Positions 13,188 to 27,110 of a stretch of 64,000 bases of DNA are shown piece after piece. The notes beneath the pieces were generated by a model. That model did not search any database, was not told where the DNA came from, and saw only the letters and a program-made list of their open reading frames with translations. The stretch comes from the human T2T-CHM13v2.0 reference genome, Homo sapiens. The stretch is taken from the NCBI RefSeq assembly GCF_009914755.1, contig NC_060937.1; one strand, given 5' to 3'. Both the position numbers and the translations under genes were made by a program. Within the stretch, counting starts at the first letter, position 1; each line of letters begins with the position of its first letter.

Positions 13188-13770
13188 TGTATTGGTTTTC
13201 TATTGCTCAGTAACAAATTACCACAAACTTGGCAGCTTAAAGAAATACTACTTATTATATCATAGTTCTGTAGATCAGAAATCCAGGAAGGCTCTACAGG
13301 ATCTCATTTTAGGGTTTTACAAGGCTTAAATCAAGGTATTGGCTGAGCTAGGATTTTACATAAAAGTGTCTGGGGAAGAACATATTTCTATGATCATTTC
13401 GGTTGTTGACAGAATGTATTTTCTTGAAGTTGTAGGACTGAGGTTTTGTTTTTGCTGTTTGCTGTCACGTATGAGCTACTCTTAGCTTTAGAGGCTATCC
13501 ATATTCTTTGCCACAAGATCCCTACTAAGTTCAAGCCAGGCACAGCATGTCAAATCTTCCTCATACTTTGAAACTCTCTTTCTCTGTATGCTTCCAGCCA
13601 GGAAAAATTCTGCTTCTAAAAGGTTCACCTGATTGGGTCACATGCACCAAGATAATCGCCTTAACTTAATATTAGTTAATTTGGGACTTCAACTCCATTT
13701 ACAAAATCCCTTCACCACATTTCCTAGATTAGTATTGAATGAAGAATCAGGGAACTGGAATTTTGGTAGA
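13188..13770 (-). mobile_element. MaLR LTR (MLT1E-like)
   Basis: tgtattggttttctattgct..taacaaattaccacaaacttggcagcttaaa...aaatcaaggtattggc. Confidence 0.8.
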
Positions 13771-15873
13771 GAAATTGATAAAAGTACACCTTCCTCAGTG
13801 AGTAAAATAAAATCCTCACCATTCTGAATCACATTTAGAATGTACAATCTTTGACTACAGAGAATCTTCTGCACTGAATTTTAGAAAAAGTTTAAGCAAC
13901 ATGGTTACAATATGTAACCATGTTATAGTATGATTATAATATACATTCAATATTTAAAATCTTTGTTTTATTAGAGTTTCATTGTATGTTATGAATTCCC
14001 ATATGTTTTTTGTTCGCCAAGACTTTTAGAAGCCTTATATTTGACTCATGATATATTAACAATTAATTCAAAGGACATTTTTATCTTCTTGGAAATTACA
14101 TTTATGCAAAATATTGCTATTTGTATTAACAGGTATAGGATATGTTTGGTTTTGCTCTATGAAGTGTTAGAGATCATATATGACTATAAGTAAAATAATC
14201 ACAGAATTTTACCAAGGGCTTTTATATGCAAGATTCTTTGAACAAAGCTTAAAAGAAATTTCATGATTTGCATTGTATAGGATAATATATAGTATTTAAA
14301 TTAATCACTCAAAGCTATGTCATGGATAAGTACCATAGCTAGGACTTGGAAACTGAGTCTTACAGTCAATGCTTTGTCAACTGAATAACAACTATGAGGT
14401 ATCACTTTTTATACCTACAAACTTATATAACCACAATTTTATTTCTTTGTGCACCATGCCCACAAGGAATGAGCTTTGGATCAAATTCTCGATAGAACAG
14501 TAGTTATTTTAGGATACTCATAGGATACTTTCTTCCAGTTTCTTCCAGTTATAAAATTTCATAAAGTTATAAAATATACTTTGGCTATTTGTTATATGTT
14601 AAATTTTATATTTGTAAATCTATGACGAAACCTCCAATGAAGTGAAGCTGGTTTGTAGATGAAAGAACGATTACATTTTAATTAATTTAGTAGATCTGCA
14701 GAATACACTTTGCTTTAAAAAAAATTATAGGCATATATATGTATATATAGACAAGAAACACTCAAGAAATATGCAATTTCAGATTCATCAGTATGGCTAA
14801 AATGTCTCTGCAAATTTTTAAAATTTAAAGAATTTGTGTTTTGATCATTATTAGCACAGTTGACTCTAAAACAGTTGGAAATCTAAAAACAAAAAAAGGT
14901 GAAATGTAATGTCAGCTTATTTCTTACTTTCTCCAAAATTTCAACCTAGTTATTTTATATTTTTCTTAGTAATTTTGCTCATAGTGGAATAAAAGTTTAT
15001 AGTATATTGAAATAAATTTTATTCCTCCAACTGTATCTGAGTTTTATATCCTAGTCATTGTTTTCATCCAGTTATTATAGGCAACCATAACACTTGTTAG
15101 GTGCATTCTCAGAATTTAACTCCCCAGTGACATTAGTGATTATAAATTTTTTTTCTTTTTTCTTTGATAAAATACAAACACTTCCACACAATAACTAAAT
15201 AAGTACAATGGCCCTTTGAAAGACAATGTAACCTATCTCATGAGGTTTTACTTTAGTCAGTAATGACATAAAATATCTCCTGTCTGCTGTACACTGCTAA
15301 TTTACCTCATGAATTTTACAGAATTAAAAGAAACAGAAAAAAATACCAAAAAAAACACATTTCTTATTACAAAATACTAAGAAAGGTTGATACAAGATCT
15401 ATTATTTTCAAACAAAAATCAGCACTATGGGGAATTATATATATGTGAGCCTTAATCAAATTAAGGTATGGATATGAAGTAAGTGTTTTAGACTAGAATC
15501 ATGATAAACACAATGCATCCTTACAACTGATTTTAAATACTTAATGCTAATAGTTAAATCCTTAACTGTTAATATTTAAATGTATGGGATAAGTCAACAG
15601 GTACAAAAATGCTCTGTTTCTTTCATGCTCTACTTGTTTACTTCACATGCAAAAAATTTACTTGCTCATATTTGTTAGCTCATAGCACAGTATCTTCATT
15701 GGTTTTTACAATATCCTGCTTTTCTTTCAATATTTATTTATACAAGCATTTCATCCATATTTCTCATTCATATTTCCCACCCCAGTGGCAAATTTTAATT
15801 AAATGTGTTTTATCAACCTTTGCATTTTTCCTTGGTTGTGTATATGCTTAATCTACATACATTGTATTAAGAA

Positions 15874-15874
<1 letters not shown>

Positions 15875-15919
<45 letters not shown>
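15875..15919. repeat. (TG)n microsatellite
   Basis: Pure TG run of about 22 units. Confidence 0.97.
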
Positions 15920-15920
<1 letters not shown>

Positions 15921-15924
15921 TGTA

Positions 15925-16256
15925 CAGTTTTGTGCCGGTAAGTGTTTAACAACTGGCTTCTTGAAAAAATAAAATTTGATTTGTGATGTTTACTGGTTTC
16001 CGTGGAATAAATAGACATACCCACCATAGCCAAATTGGAGTTACTAATATGTTATTGAATGCAGAGTTAGTTAATGATGTGCAGTAGCAAGCCATATATA
16101 AATATCCAATTCTTATAACAATTTTAGATATGATTTTCTATTTCTTTGTAAAGCTGGTAGTGCTCTTTGAAGCTGACAAACTCCTTGGTTAGAGATTTTC
16201 ATCATAATTATCAAATTGTAAATAAAGTAAAACTTTGGGAAAGGCAGTTTCATAAG
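15925..16256. mobile_element. MER63 (hAT-Blackjack) DNA transposon remnant, possibly continuing past the MST LTR
   Basis: cagttttgtgccggtaagtgtttaacaactggct...cccaccatagcc resembles the MER63 end. Confidence 0.65.
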
Positions 16257-16637
16257 TGTCTTAGTCCATTTCTGCTGCTATAACAGAATACCAAAGACTG
16301 GGTAATTTATAAAGAAAGAAATTTATTTTGGCTTATAGTTCTGGGAGCTGGGACGTCCAAGTACGTGAAACTGACATCTGATGAGGGCTTTCTTGCTGTT
16401 TTATCCTATGGCAGATGTGGAACTGAGCACTTTAGATAGAGAGGAAATGAGGGCCAAACATCCTTTTATCAGGAGCCCACTCTCATGATAACTAGCCAAT
16501 CCCATCATAAGAGCATTAATCCCTTTATGAAGGCAAATCTCTTATGGCCTAAAAGTATCACAGTTTAATATTGTTACAATAGCAATTAAGTTTCTAACAC
16601 ATTTAACAGATTTAGGGGACACATTCAAACCATAGCA
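16257..16637 (-). mobile_element. MaLR solo LTR (MSTC/MSTD-like)
   Basis: tgtcttagtccatttctgctgctataacagaatacc...ggggacacattcaaaccatagca. Confidence 0.85.
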
Positions 16638-19600
16638 ATAGTATACATTAAAACCTTTAAAGAGTTTATGAAATTTAACCTAATTATTTCACTTTTACAA
16701 TATTTTGGAAAACAAAAATGTATCCTAGATGGGCACATAATTTTTGTTACATATTTTATTTATGAGTCCACAATAAGAAACATGTCAAGCAACTTAGGAG
16801 TCATATAGAAAGCCTCTGTTTATTGGAAACAGTCATTAGTTAAACATAAAAATCGTTATGCACCCCTTAACATAATTTTTGTGTGTATGTGTAATAGTAT
16901 AATAACTTATGAGGCTCTACTTGTAAGTTACCATGTTACTCTCTAAGTAATAGTAGCCTAGAATTATTCTTTTATGTTTTAATTCAGTTACATCATATAA
17001 CTACATACCAAGGAAGCTGTTAAACTATTCATTATAATTAACTTTGAGTTAACTATTATGAGTGGTTTTCTGTTTTCATTTTTCCATACTGCTGCATTTG
17101 ATAATGTTGCTACAGTTATGCAGACAAAACATACATATATAGAAAGAAATTTCATTTAATAGTCTGTAGAGTTATGTTAAGAGTAAACATATTTAAAATA
17201 AAATCCATGGAATTCTATGGAGCACATTTGGGACTCTGGGTTAAAGAAATTTCTCTGTGGTAGAAAGAAGTCTGCACATGCCATGTGAGATTTTCATTTA
17301 ATTACTTGTTTTGCCATTTACAACTTTCCTAAACTTAAATGAGTCATTTTATTATCTTGACTCTCAGTTTTTCTATGTTTTGTAGATAATCATACCAACA
17401 TAAAATAAGTTGTATAAGAATGTTATGTTCTTTGTGAGGATTTACATAACAATTGCATAGCAAGGTAAGATTCTCTATAAATATAAATATACATTTAATG
17501 TGTGTATATACACAGCACATTTGTGTAGGCATATCTGAAACTAGATGAATAAAATGCATCCTACAATTTCCCAAACTCCCCTAAGGGAGCTGCCTTATAT
17601 AGAATTTCCACAGAGAAGTCCTTGGTGGCCATGGTTTATAGCATGTTTGTATTCATTTTGGCCACTGCTATTAGGCCGGGCTCAAAAATACATATTGAAC
17701 CAGTAGCTTGTCTATAAGAGGATTATGAACAGTGAAATAACACAAGAATAAGAAACTTATTTCCCAGAATTAGAGTGGAAAGGATGCATAGAGGAAAACT
17801 ACATAAGTTATATGGTCAATAATCACGGCAAGCCAAACTTAGGAGGAAACTGAAGCAAACAGAGCCAAGGGGAGGAGGCTTGCAGAGAAAGCTGTTGATT
17901 TCCATTATTGACTGTCATTATAGTGCATATACATTGGCCTAAGCCATTAAAGACTAGCAATCCTTTGCATATAGAATTTAGGGCAAGTAACACTAAGGAT
18001 ACATCCCATTATGCCAGCATTCTGAAGATGGGATTGGCACAACAGTCAAACTCATTTATTAGTGCACTTACGCCGTTATAATATACCTTTTTGTTCTGAT
18101 ACTATCAGTAGTTTTTCCAAAGCCATGAGGCCCTGTCTCGGTACTGTTGCCTTACACCGTAGAAACCACCCTCAGATTACGTGACACATGAGAAAGAAGT
18201 CAAAATGAATGTATACCTTTGGAGAATCCAGCATCTGTTTTATTCACATTCAGAGGTGGTTGTTTTCTGGGAGCACAAAAAGCAAAACCTGACCTTGAAA
18301 TTCCCAAAGAGCCATTTGAGCTAACTTTGAGCTTGTTTATATGTGATTATTTCTGACTCACATAAAAACATATAAACTCATTCATCCAAGCAGAAGGCTA
18401 TCCTCAAAAGGGAATATTTGTATCTGAACCTCAAGTAATGTCATCAAAGGTCATCAAGAAATTAATATTCTAACCATCTTTTACTGAAATATTTTCATTT
18501 GAATCAAACCACATTATCTGGATCAATATATTATTAAATTTATAGGAATAAATCACATAGGAATTTTAAACTACATATGCTGAAGATGTGACATGTGAAG
18601 ATGTGTTTGTGGACTTTGTGTACTTCTCTCTGGTAGTAGGTCAAACTTCCACTTTTTATCATTTTATCCAGGCAGCATGGGCTCAATTAGTCTTTACTTC
18701 CTGGTACCATGAAAGTAAAAAAAAAAAAGAAAAAAAAAATCAAATAGTATGCGTCATATTTGGAATAACAGCGGGAAACCATATCTAATATTACTTTTTA
18801 AAAAACTTTATTTGAAATAGAGGATCAAATCTATATATGAAATTAATTTTATTATGTTATGTTGGAAATACAAGTAGTGACTTTTTTTTCATTGTACTTC
18901 TTAACTCAATAGAAACACAAAAGACTGGGGAGAGAAATGAAAGAGGAAGTGTATAAACAAATGAAAAATACTGATGTTACCCAAAATATCCATTTATACA
19001 TTTATTTAACATATATTTGAGTAGCACTTTGTCTGTTAAAGTAAATGTATTTGATTGACAGTATAATTATTGGAAACATTAAAAAGAATTTACATGGCAA
19101 ATTTTTCTTTTGGTGAAAATGTCAAATACAATATAGAAATAAAATTTTTAAAAGTGTATAGGGATAAAATAATTATAATTTTTAGTCAAAATATTAAGTA
19201 TAAATCCAAATTGTGATACTCCAAATGGAAGCTCCAGAGAGAAAAAATAGATTATAATTAAAATCAGAGTTAGCTACAAACTATTTTTGTATTTTAAAAT
19301 AATTAAAGTTATAAAATTCACATAATTTATTATTTCACTAGTTTGTTAACAAAATTATGACTCATATAATCATCTGTATTCAAATCTCTAGAAAATATTC
19401 CCTATGCTTTTAGGTAAAAAAATATTTTCAAAGTGAATTAAAATTGTATAGCTTTAATAATCAATCCCAAAAGGCAGTAATGTTACCTGAAAAACAACAA
19501 AAATAAAACACAACTACAAATTTGTGGAAACACTATGAGCATGAATTGCTGTGCCTAGATATGTTATCAGCTAGATGTGAAGGTCACAAACTGTCAAATT

Positions 19601-20091
19601 AATTAAAACATAATATTTATATATTGTTTTATAATAGAGTACTTAAACTAAAATCTGAGTTTGTGGAGTATTACTGGAGTGTTCAGGAAGGAGTCATTTT
19701 GATCTGCAAAACAAAAGAGAGGTCAGGGGGAAGAGTTTATGAAAAGTGCCAGTGTGAAGTACCAGATCTCCTGTGACCAAGGTCCTAAACTAAAAAATGT
19801 TAAAGGTAATCATCTATTAAATAGTGAAATATAATAGTGTGATATTATTTAAAACAAAAAAAAATACCTTCAAGTGTTCTTTTTTCAAAATTTTATTATT
19901 ATATTAATTATATGGAATTTTATATCTCAGCATTAAAAATAGATGAAATAGGCCAATATCTACGTTTCCAATTAAAGTGACCTCATTATGTCTACAGAAG
20001 GCTATAGCATTCTCATCATTTATTGTTATGCCAAGTTTTTGAAACTTCAATTTTGCCTATTGTTAAATGTCACTTAAAAAGTAAATACAGC

Positions 20092-20602
20092 TGTTATGAT
20101 TCATTTTATGAGTCACCTTGGCTAAGAGATGTCCAGATAGCTGCCAAAACATTGTTTCTGTGGTGGTGTCTATGAGGGTGTTTCTGGAGGAAGTTAGCTG
20201 GGTACACTGAATAAAGTAGATCTTTATAACTTTTTAACTCACTGATGTTGGGAGCATTATCCAATCAACTGATGGCCTGAACAGAACAAAAAATCAAGGA
20301 CTTAGATACTTCCTCTCTCTGCTTGAGCTGGGACATTCACCTTCCCCAGCCCATAAATATCAATGTTCTTGGTTCTCAGGTGTGCAAATTTGAATTTATT
20401 ATTTGTTCCCCTGATTCTCAGGCTTTTGATCTTGGACTGGAACTATATCACAGGGTCTCTTGGGCTTCTGGATAAAGATGGCAGATCATGGAACTTCTCA
20501 GCCTCCATAATCTCATGAACCATTCCTTCATAATAAATCTCCTTCTCTATTTCTCTGCATATCCTATTGGTTCTATTTCTCTGGATAACCTTGACTAATA
20601 GA
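20092..20602 (+). mobile_element. MLT2 (ERVL) solo LTR
   Basis: MLT2B/D-like ends; perfect 5-bp TSD ACAGC at 20087-20091 and 20603-20607. Confidence 0.9.
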
Positions 20603-21764
20603 ACAGCTTTGGAATATTGGAATCATTTTGAATAGACCTAACAAGCAATGTTACATTGCATTAAAATTTATCGTGTTCATTTAATAATTATTGTAATAAG
20701 ATACTTTGCACTATTTCATAAATGTATTACATTATTCTGAATATCTTATTACAATGAACACAAAGGGAATTCAGTTTCCTTTGTTGTACTAGAATCTGTT
20801 ACACCAAAAACTGTTTAAGTAAATGGGGCTTCCATTTAGAGTTAAAAAAAAAAAACAAAAGCAAAACAACAAAAAAAACTCCTTTCATAATAGAAAAACC
20901 TAGCTAGTAAAATAATTTGCAGTAATGAGATCTGTCTTAAATTTTGGTTTGTTCATTTATTTAATTTTATTTAATGATTTACTCACATAAGTAAATAAAA
21001 ATGATTTTTTGTTGAATATATGTAAATCCCAAGTTTAATTATTAGTAAGAAGGGCATAAGTAATTAGATGCAAATGATGGGAAGAAAATTTTCTGGGGTC
21101 ATAAGTTCCTGGAGTTTGAACCAGTTGTTTGTTATTGATATACATTAACAGGTGGCTATATAGGGGAGGCAAGTTCACACAGTTTGTCATTAATGAGAAT
21201 ACTCATGCTAAGCCCTGCATGCAATGCCTAGGCCTCATAAGCAGAAGTGAGAAGGTGAGGCTGAGAATTCTTTTGACATTCTTGGGCCTATTTTTACTGG
21301 ACATAATCATAATTTTGTATATTTATAACCCTAAAGTAAGAACAGGAAAAAAAATAAATACTAAACACTGATTTTACCCTGGGAATAAAGGGGACCATCA
21401 CTTATTGCTATGCCTAAAGTTTTTGAAACTTCAAAGCTTTTGCACCTGATTTTTTCTAATGTGTCATTGAGTCTCAGTTTGTTAGAAAAGGGTGGATTTT
21501 TTAAAAGTTAAAAAGAAGACAATGTGAGTGGCTGAAACTCATTTTGGCATCCTTTTCATGACAATGAGACTACCTTGCACCAATACAAATAAAACCAGAA
21601 GTAAAAATGTAAAATAAACACATAGGTGAAGTTTTAAAAGAAACCTAATATAATTCCTCTATGTAATAGTAAGGAAGCGAACATAGTAAAATAGACCAAG
21701 AACTAAGAATCCAAACTTTATTGTCTCAAAATATTTTAACTCAGGTGAAAGGCAACAAGGATAT

Positions 21765-21995
21765 GTGACTAAAAACATAAACTCTGGAACTGAATTTGAT
21801 TTCTGAGTTTAATGTCTGGCTTTGCCACTGTACCTGCTGTGCTGCTGTGATGGTTATTTGATATCCCTTGTCCTTTTCCTCATCTCTAAAATTATTATCC
21901 ACTTCATAGCCTTAATGTGAAAACTAAATGAATTAATGTTTGCAAAGCACTTTGAATAGTGCCTAGACATAGTAAATTTTATCTAAATGCTTGAT
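21765..21995 (+). mobile_element. MIR
   Basis: ttcctcatctctaaaat...aaagcactttgaatagtgcctagacatagtaa. Confidence 0.75.
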
Positions 21996-23419
21996 AAACA
22001 AATGTTACTGTATGCATGTTGATATATGCATTTGTTTAATGTGTAGTTTGTCACATATATATATCAAAATACATTAATAATTTCTCATTTTGCCATATAA
22101 GTGGTTGTTGAATTATGAATTAATAGATAAACTCTATAATAATCTCTAATCAAAATCTGACTGAAATAGCTTACTGCTATGTGATAGATATTGAGCCTTG
22201 TTTTTCTGAGTGAAACTAAAAAGAAAAAAACATAGAAAAGAGTATATAGTCCTTCAAGGAATAATAAAAATAAACCTATTTTAACTATTGAGCACTTTGA
22301 ATAAATATTCAAAGTCAAGCTTTACTCAATAAGAAATTATTTTTAAACTTAAAAAAGATTTAAATACATGTTTACACAAATATCAAGAAAAAAGAACTAA
22401 ACATAGGCAAACATTGTTTAGAATAACAATACCATATGATAGCTCTCCAGGAAAATGTATAAAAGTCTCTCATTTTAATTCAGACACAGTAATAATAAAG
22501 AAATATTAATAGCATAAGTAGAAACAAATATCATTAATATGATTCTTCCAAGGTGATATTTATTTAGAATAAAAGTTCTAAAAACTATATTCAAATGAAA
22601 GTAGATTCCGCAGTACAACTATTGATAAATAAAAATGCAACAATAAAAATAATCAAAACTTTTTGGAAAATTGAGTTTCAATGACAGCATAGGTCTACCT
22701 CTTTAATTATCTGAAATAATTTTATATTCACAGAAAAATTTATATACTGTAACTTATTAAGTGCTGTATAGAAACATATGATTTATAAGTGAAATACTTA
22801 CATTAGTAGAAACGGAGCTCTGGGTCTATGCATTTTATTCTATCAAATTCTCAAAAATGATCAAAATTTAACATCAATACAAATCATTATAAAATTTCAC
22901 TTACAAAACAAAAACTTCAAATATATTATTAGTGTGAAATGCCAGTATGTATGGGTAGATTGATGTGCTTATGGAACCATGATTAACTACACATGAGTAA
23001 GAATACCAATACAGAAAGAATTTAAAGATATTTAAGCCAATCCACTCTAAATTATACAGGCAGAGATAGAAGATAATGCAGGTATAAGGAGAACAATGAT
23101 GTGTGTAATCCTACAGTTTCACCTAAATGTCCAAAGCATGAAAAATCTTGTGCTATTTTCTTATCAGTACATACGGTTTTATCTCATTAACTGCAGTGGG
23201 TTCAAAGTATAACTTGGTAGGTTTATGTTATAATTTAACTATTTCCCTATTTAGAAACATGTATTTTCAATAGATTGCATCTTTTGAGGAGATCAAAACA
23301 AAGAATAACCTTCATACTTTACTCTATGTAAGTGGTAATGGATTTGTTCATGAGAAATGATTGTAGACCCTACTCTTTGCACTTATAAACTATCTTGGCA
23401 TTTAAGAGTTGGTGGTTTC

Positions 23420-23545
23420 TGGCTAAGCTTCCTAGGCTCTCTGTGCCTCAGTATTTTCGATCATAAAATGAAAATAATAATGATAATATCTAACTCAGAG
23501 TATTTATAAGAAATGAATCAATGACTATATGTAAGATGCATAGAA
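23420..23545 (+). mobile_element. MIR fragment
   Basis: ctctctgtgcctcagt...taaaatgaaaataataat. Confidence 0.65.
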
Positions 23546-23574
23546 ATAAGTGCTGCATAATGAAGCCAGGTATT

Positions 23575-24179
23575 GTGGTACATCTGGGGCATAATTAGAA
23601 TTTGTTTATTGCCTCCCAAGCCTTCGTTTTCCCTTTCCAACTCAGCTGTATTATCTCAGTGGGATTGTCTTACTCCAAATATAAAGGTGAAACTTGATTG
23701 GCTTTAAAAAACTGAAGTGGGAGTTCTTAGCTGCAGTGAGTGGTGATCGAACCCCTGCACTCCAGCCTAAGTGACACAGCAAGATCCTGTCATTACAAAA
23801 ACCCCTCAATCCCATGACCCCAGCATTTTGTCATTGTGTCAGTTTTTTTCTTTTTTTGGTCCAGTTGAGGTCAATGAGATGTAATATGTGATTCTTAGTG
23901 GCTTCAGAGAATGATGCTTACCACCTCTCTGTGTCTCTAGCTAGATGTAAACTAAAAAGCCTACGGAACAATTTGTGAACAGCAGCTTTCTGGGAACACT
24001 AAAGGATAATGATACCCTTACTATACATGTCAGGAGAGAGAGATGGAAAGTAAAACCTTCATTTGTTAATATTGGTAAGATACATTAATCTTTTCAGTGA
24101 CATGAATAAAAATATATTTTTCAAGACAATGGTAATGATTTTCTGTTAATTGCAAATAAAGAATTGAAACTTGTATACA
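23575..24179 (+). mobile_element. Ancient ERVL/MaLR-type LTR (LTR16/33 or MLT1-like) containing an Alu right-arm fragment (~23712-23800)
   Basis: 3' end ttttctgttaattgcaaataaagaat...taca; internal gctgcagtgag...ctgcactccagcct. Confidence 0.45.
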
Positions 24180-24264
24180 TTGTGAGCCAAAGCAAATGCA
24201 GACCTTGTTCTTATGTTTCAGAATCTACTGAATGGTACGTAAATAATAATGCAATTATAAATAA

Positions 24265-24485
24265 GTAGTAGTTATTTATTGAGCACTTACTCTATGATAG
24301 ACCTTGTTATATAGTCACTTTACATAAATTACTGACAATTGTATGTCATAGATTTTATTAATATATACTAATTTTGCAAATGAGGAAACAGACAATGAAA
24401 GTGATTTGCCCATGTTCATACAGCTGGAGGAAGAGCTAGAATCTGAACCCATCCAATTCAATTTCAGACCCGTTGTCCTTAAACT
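24265..24485 (-). mobile_element. MIR
   Basis: atttattgagcacttact...ttttgcaaatgaggaaacagac...ttgcccatgttcatacagct. Confidence 0.8.
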
Positions 24486-24564
24486 CTAACTTACAATTAT
24501 TCTCCAAGAAGCATAAATTGGTACCTGCAGTAAAAGCTGAAAATGAGAGTTATATAATCTATGA

Positions 24565-24806
<242 letters not shown>

Positions 24807-24879
24807 TAATTTGAAAAACTATTTAAGGTGCTCCATCTACCTTTTAAAAATCAAATTATGCGTGATTTTAAAAAAACAC

Positions 24880-25268
24880 ATTTGTTTATTGTGGCAAAAC
24901 ACATTACATGAGATATATCCACTTAAAATTTTAGGTGCACAGTATACTGTTGTTAACTATAAGCGCAGTGTTGTATAGCAGATCTCTAGAATTTCTTACC
25001 TTGCATGACTGAAACTGTATCCATTACATAGCAAGTTTCCATTTTCCTCTCCCTCCAGTCCCTTGACATCACCATTCTACTTTGTTTCTGTCAGTCATGT
25101 ACATAAAATGGAATATATTTAACCATAAAAAAAGAAAATTCTGTCATATGCAGCAACATGGATGAATTTTGAGGACATTATGCTTAGTAAAATAGGCCAG
25201 TCAGAGAAGTAGTACTACATGATTCCACTTATATGAAGTATCAAAAGTAGCCATACTCACAGAAATAG
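24880..25268 (-). mobile_element. Old L1 (L1MA9/L1MB-like) 3' end with inverted 5' segment
   Basis: 24880-25095 antisense 3'UTR; 25096-25268 sense upstream part (gcaacatggatgaattttgaggacattatgct). Confidence 0.8.
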
Positions 25269-26299
25269 GGCTTTCTTTTTTAATGAAAGATAAGTGGAAG
25301 ATATTCTAGAAGAAAAGTTGTATAATAGGTTTACTGATGAAGCACAACCCTGTGATAGAAAAAGCATAAAGGGCTTGGGAAAAAAAGCATAAAACGTATG
25401 GATAAAGGACTAAAAGAAGATTGGTTTGACTGTAACATAGATATCAGGGATCAACCTGGCACAAAGTGAGGCAGGAGAGACATGTAGGGAATAAGTCACA
25501 AAGAGAAATCTATGACTTATTAAGAAATTATGTGTTTAGTTTTAGGAGATTTCGAAGATTTTTTTTCTTAAATATTTTCTAAATCTTTATCACTTAGCTT
25601 ATGTTTCCTTTACTTTATTTTCCAATTATTCAATCAGTATTACTTGGGGCGGGGGACAAATATAATGAATACATATGAATTGATTGTACCATTTATTGAT
25701 ATATTTTGGTAGGAAACTACAATATATTCTAAATTCCAATTGAGAATACTGATTTTTAAAGTGTTAAATATCTTTTGTTTCTCAAATTATTTCTTTTTTT
25801 TTCCACAAAATTATTTAGTTGTTAGCATTATACTTCTTGGTCATTTTAATCATTATCACTATTTTTCTTAACTACCTGATTAACAGTGAATATATATTCA
25901 ATAAAAAATGACTGCTATGATGATTTAATTCCTTGATTGAGTAGGGTCTTTCAGTCTTTATTTGCTGTAACTCTCTTTTTCTGAGTGGTAGACTTGAGTG
26001 AAGCTCTGAATAAATACATGGCATGTAGATGAGATAAGTTTCACTTTTGACTATTTGGGAACAGAACTGTTATCTGCCCTACCAGTCCTCTCTTCCCCTC
26101 AATCCACATGACAAAATAGTGAGGTCATTAGAGGTTTCTGTTTATTATTTAAGGGTTAAGAGTAGAAGTCAGGTTGGAGGACGTATACATTTCTTAACAC
26201 AAATTTTTGAAATAATTTTTTTTCTGATAATTGCCTCAGATTCAGAAGAGCAATGAAGTTACAGTGTTGTATGGCCGTTAGATGTCTTACAATTCATGA

Positions 26300-27110
26300 A
26301 GATTTAGAGATTAAAGTAGCAGGAGACACTCTAAAGTAGAAAACCAGATATTTGAGGACAGACATAATATAGCAAAGGAATACATGGCCCAGAAGAAAAA
26401 GACAATGACATAATTGAAAGCTGAATTAAGAGCAAAATGGATAGTTATAAAGAGTGGTGAATTATAATATCTAGCTGTAAAATAAAGAATACTAAAAAAG
26501 TATTTTGAAAAAAAATACAATGAATTCAGTTTCTTTTGTGTTGTAATTAGAGATGTCATATGGCCCCCAAATGTCCAAATCAAGAATAGATAACTGTTGA
26601 ACTTATGAGAAATGGAGGTGGGTTTGAAATGGTGATTGTACTTATTAGCTTATAGAAGGTTGAGTTATGGAGTGGGTCACCCCAACAGAAGGAGTGGATG
26701 CAGACAGAAGAGAAATGAGATAGCCCCCCCCAAAAAAAAAACAACTGGGGAAATTAACATTTAATATTTTAATGGTGCATGCAGCATTCATAAGAAAGAC
26801 TGAGAAGAGAGGGCCAGGCCAGAGAAGTAGAAGAATATGGTGTCAAGGAAGCCAATGGAAAAGAGGGAGGGAAACACTACAAAACAATGATAATTACTGT
26901 TGAATTGTGACATGTATATGCCCACATGATTTAGTAACCAAAGTGTTCTTAGTGTCCTTGGCAATGGAATTCCAGTACATTGATATGATTCAAGTAATAA
27001 TTCAAAAAATAAATGATGGGAATGGCAAGAGGTACAGAATTTGCTAAGTTGCAGTTTGCTAGCATGAAAGCAAGAGTGACACCAACAATCCAAAGAGCAC
27101 AAGAGAACTC
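26300..27110 (-). mobile_element. L2 remnant
   Basis: Purine-rich antisense L2 (aagactgagaagagagggcc...tggtgtcaaggaagccaa). Confidence 0.6.
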
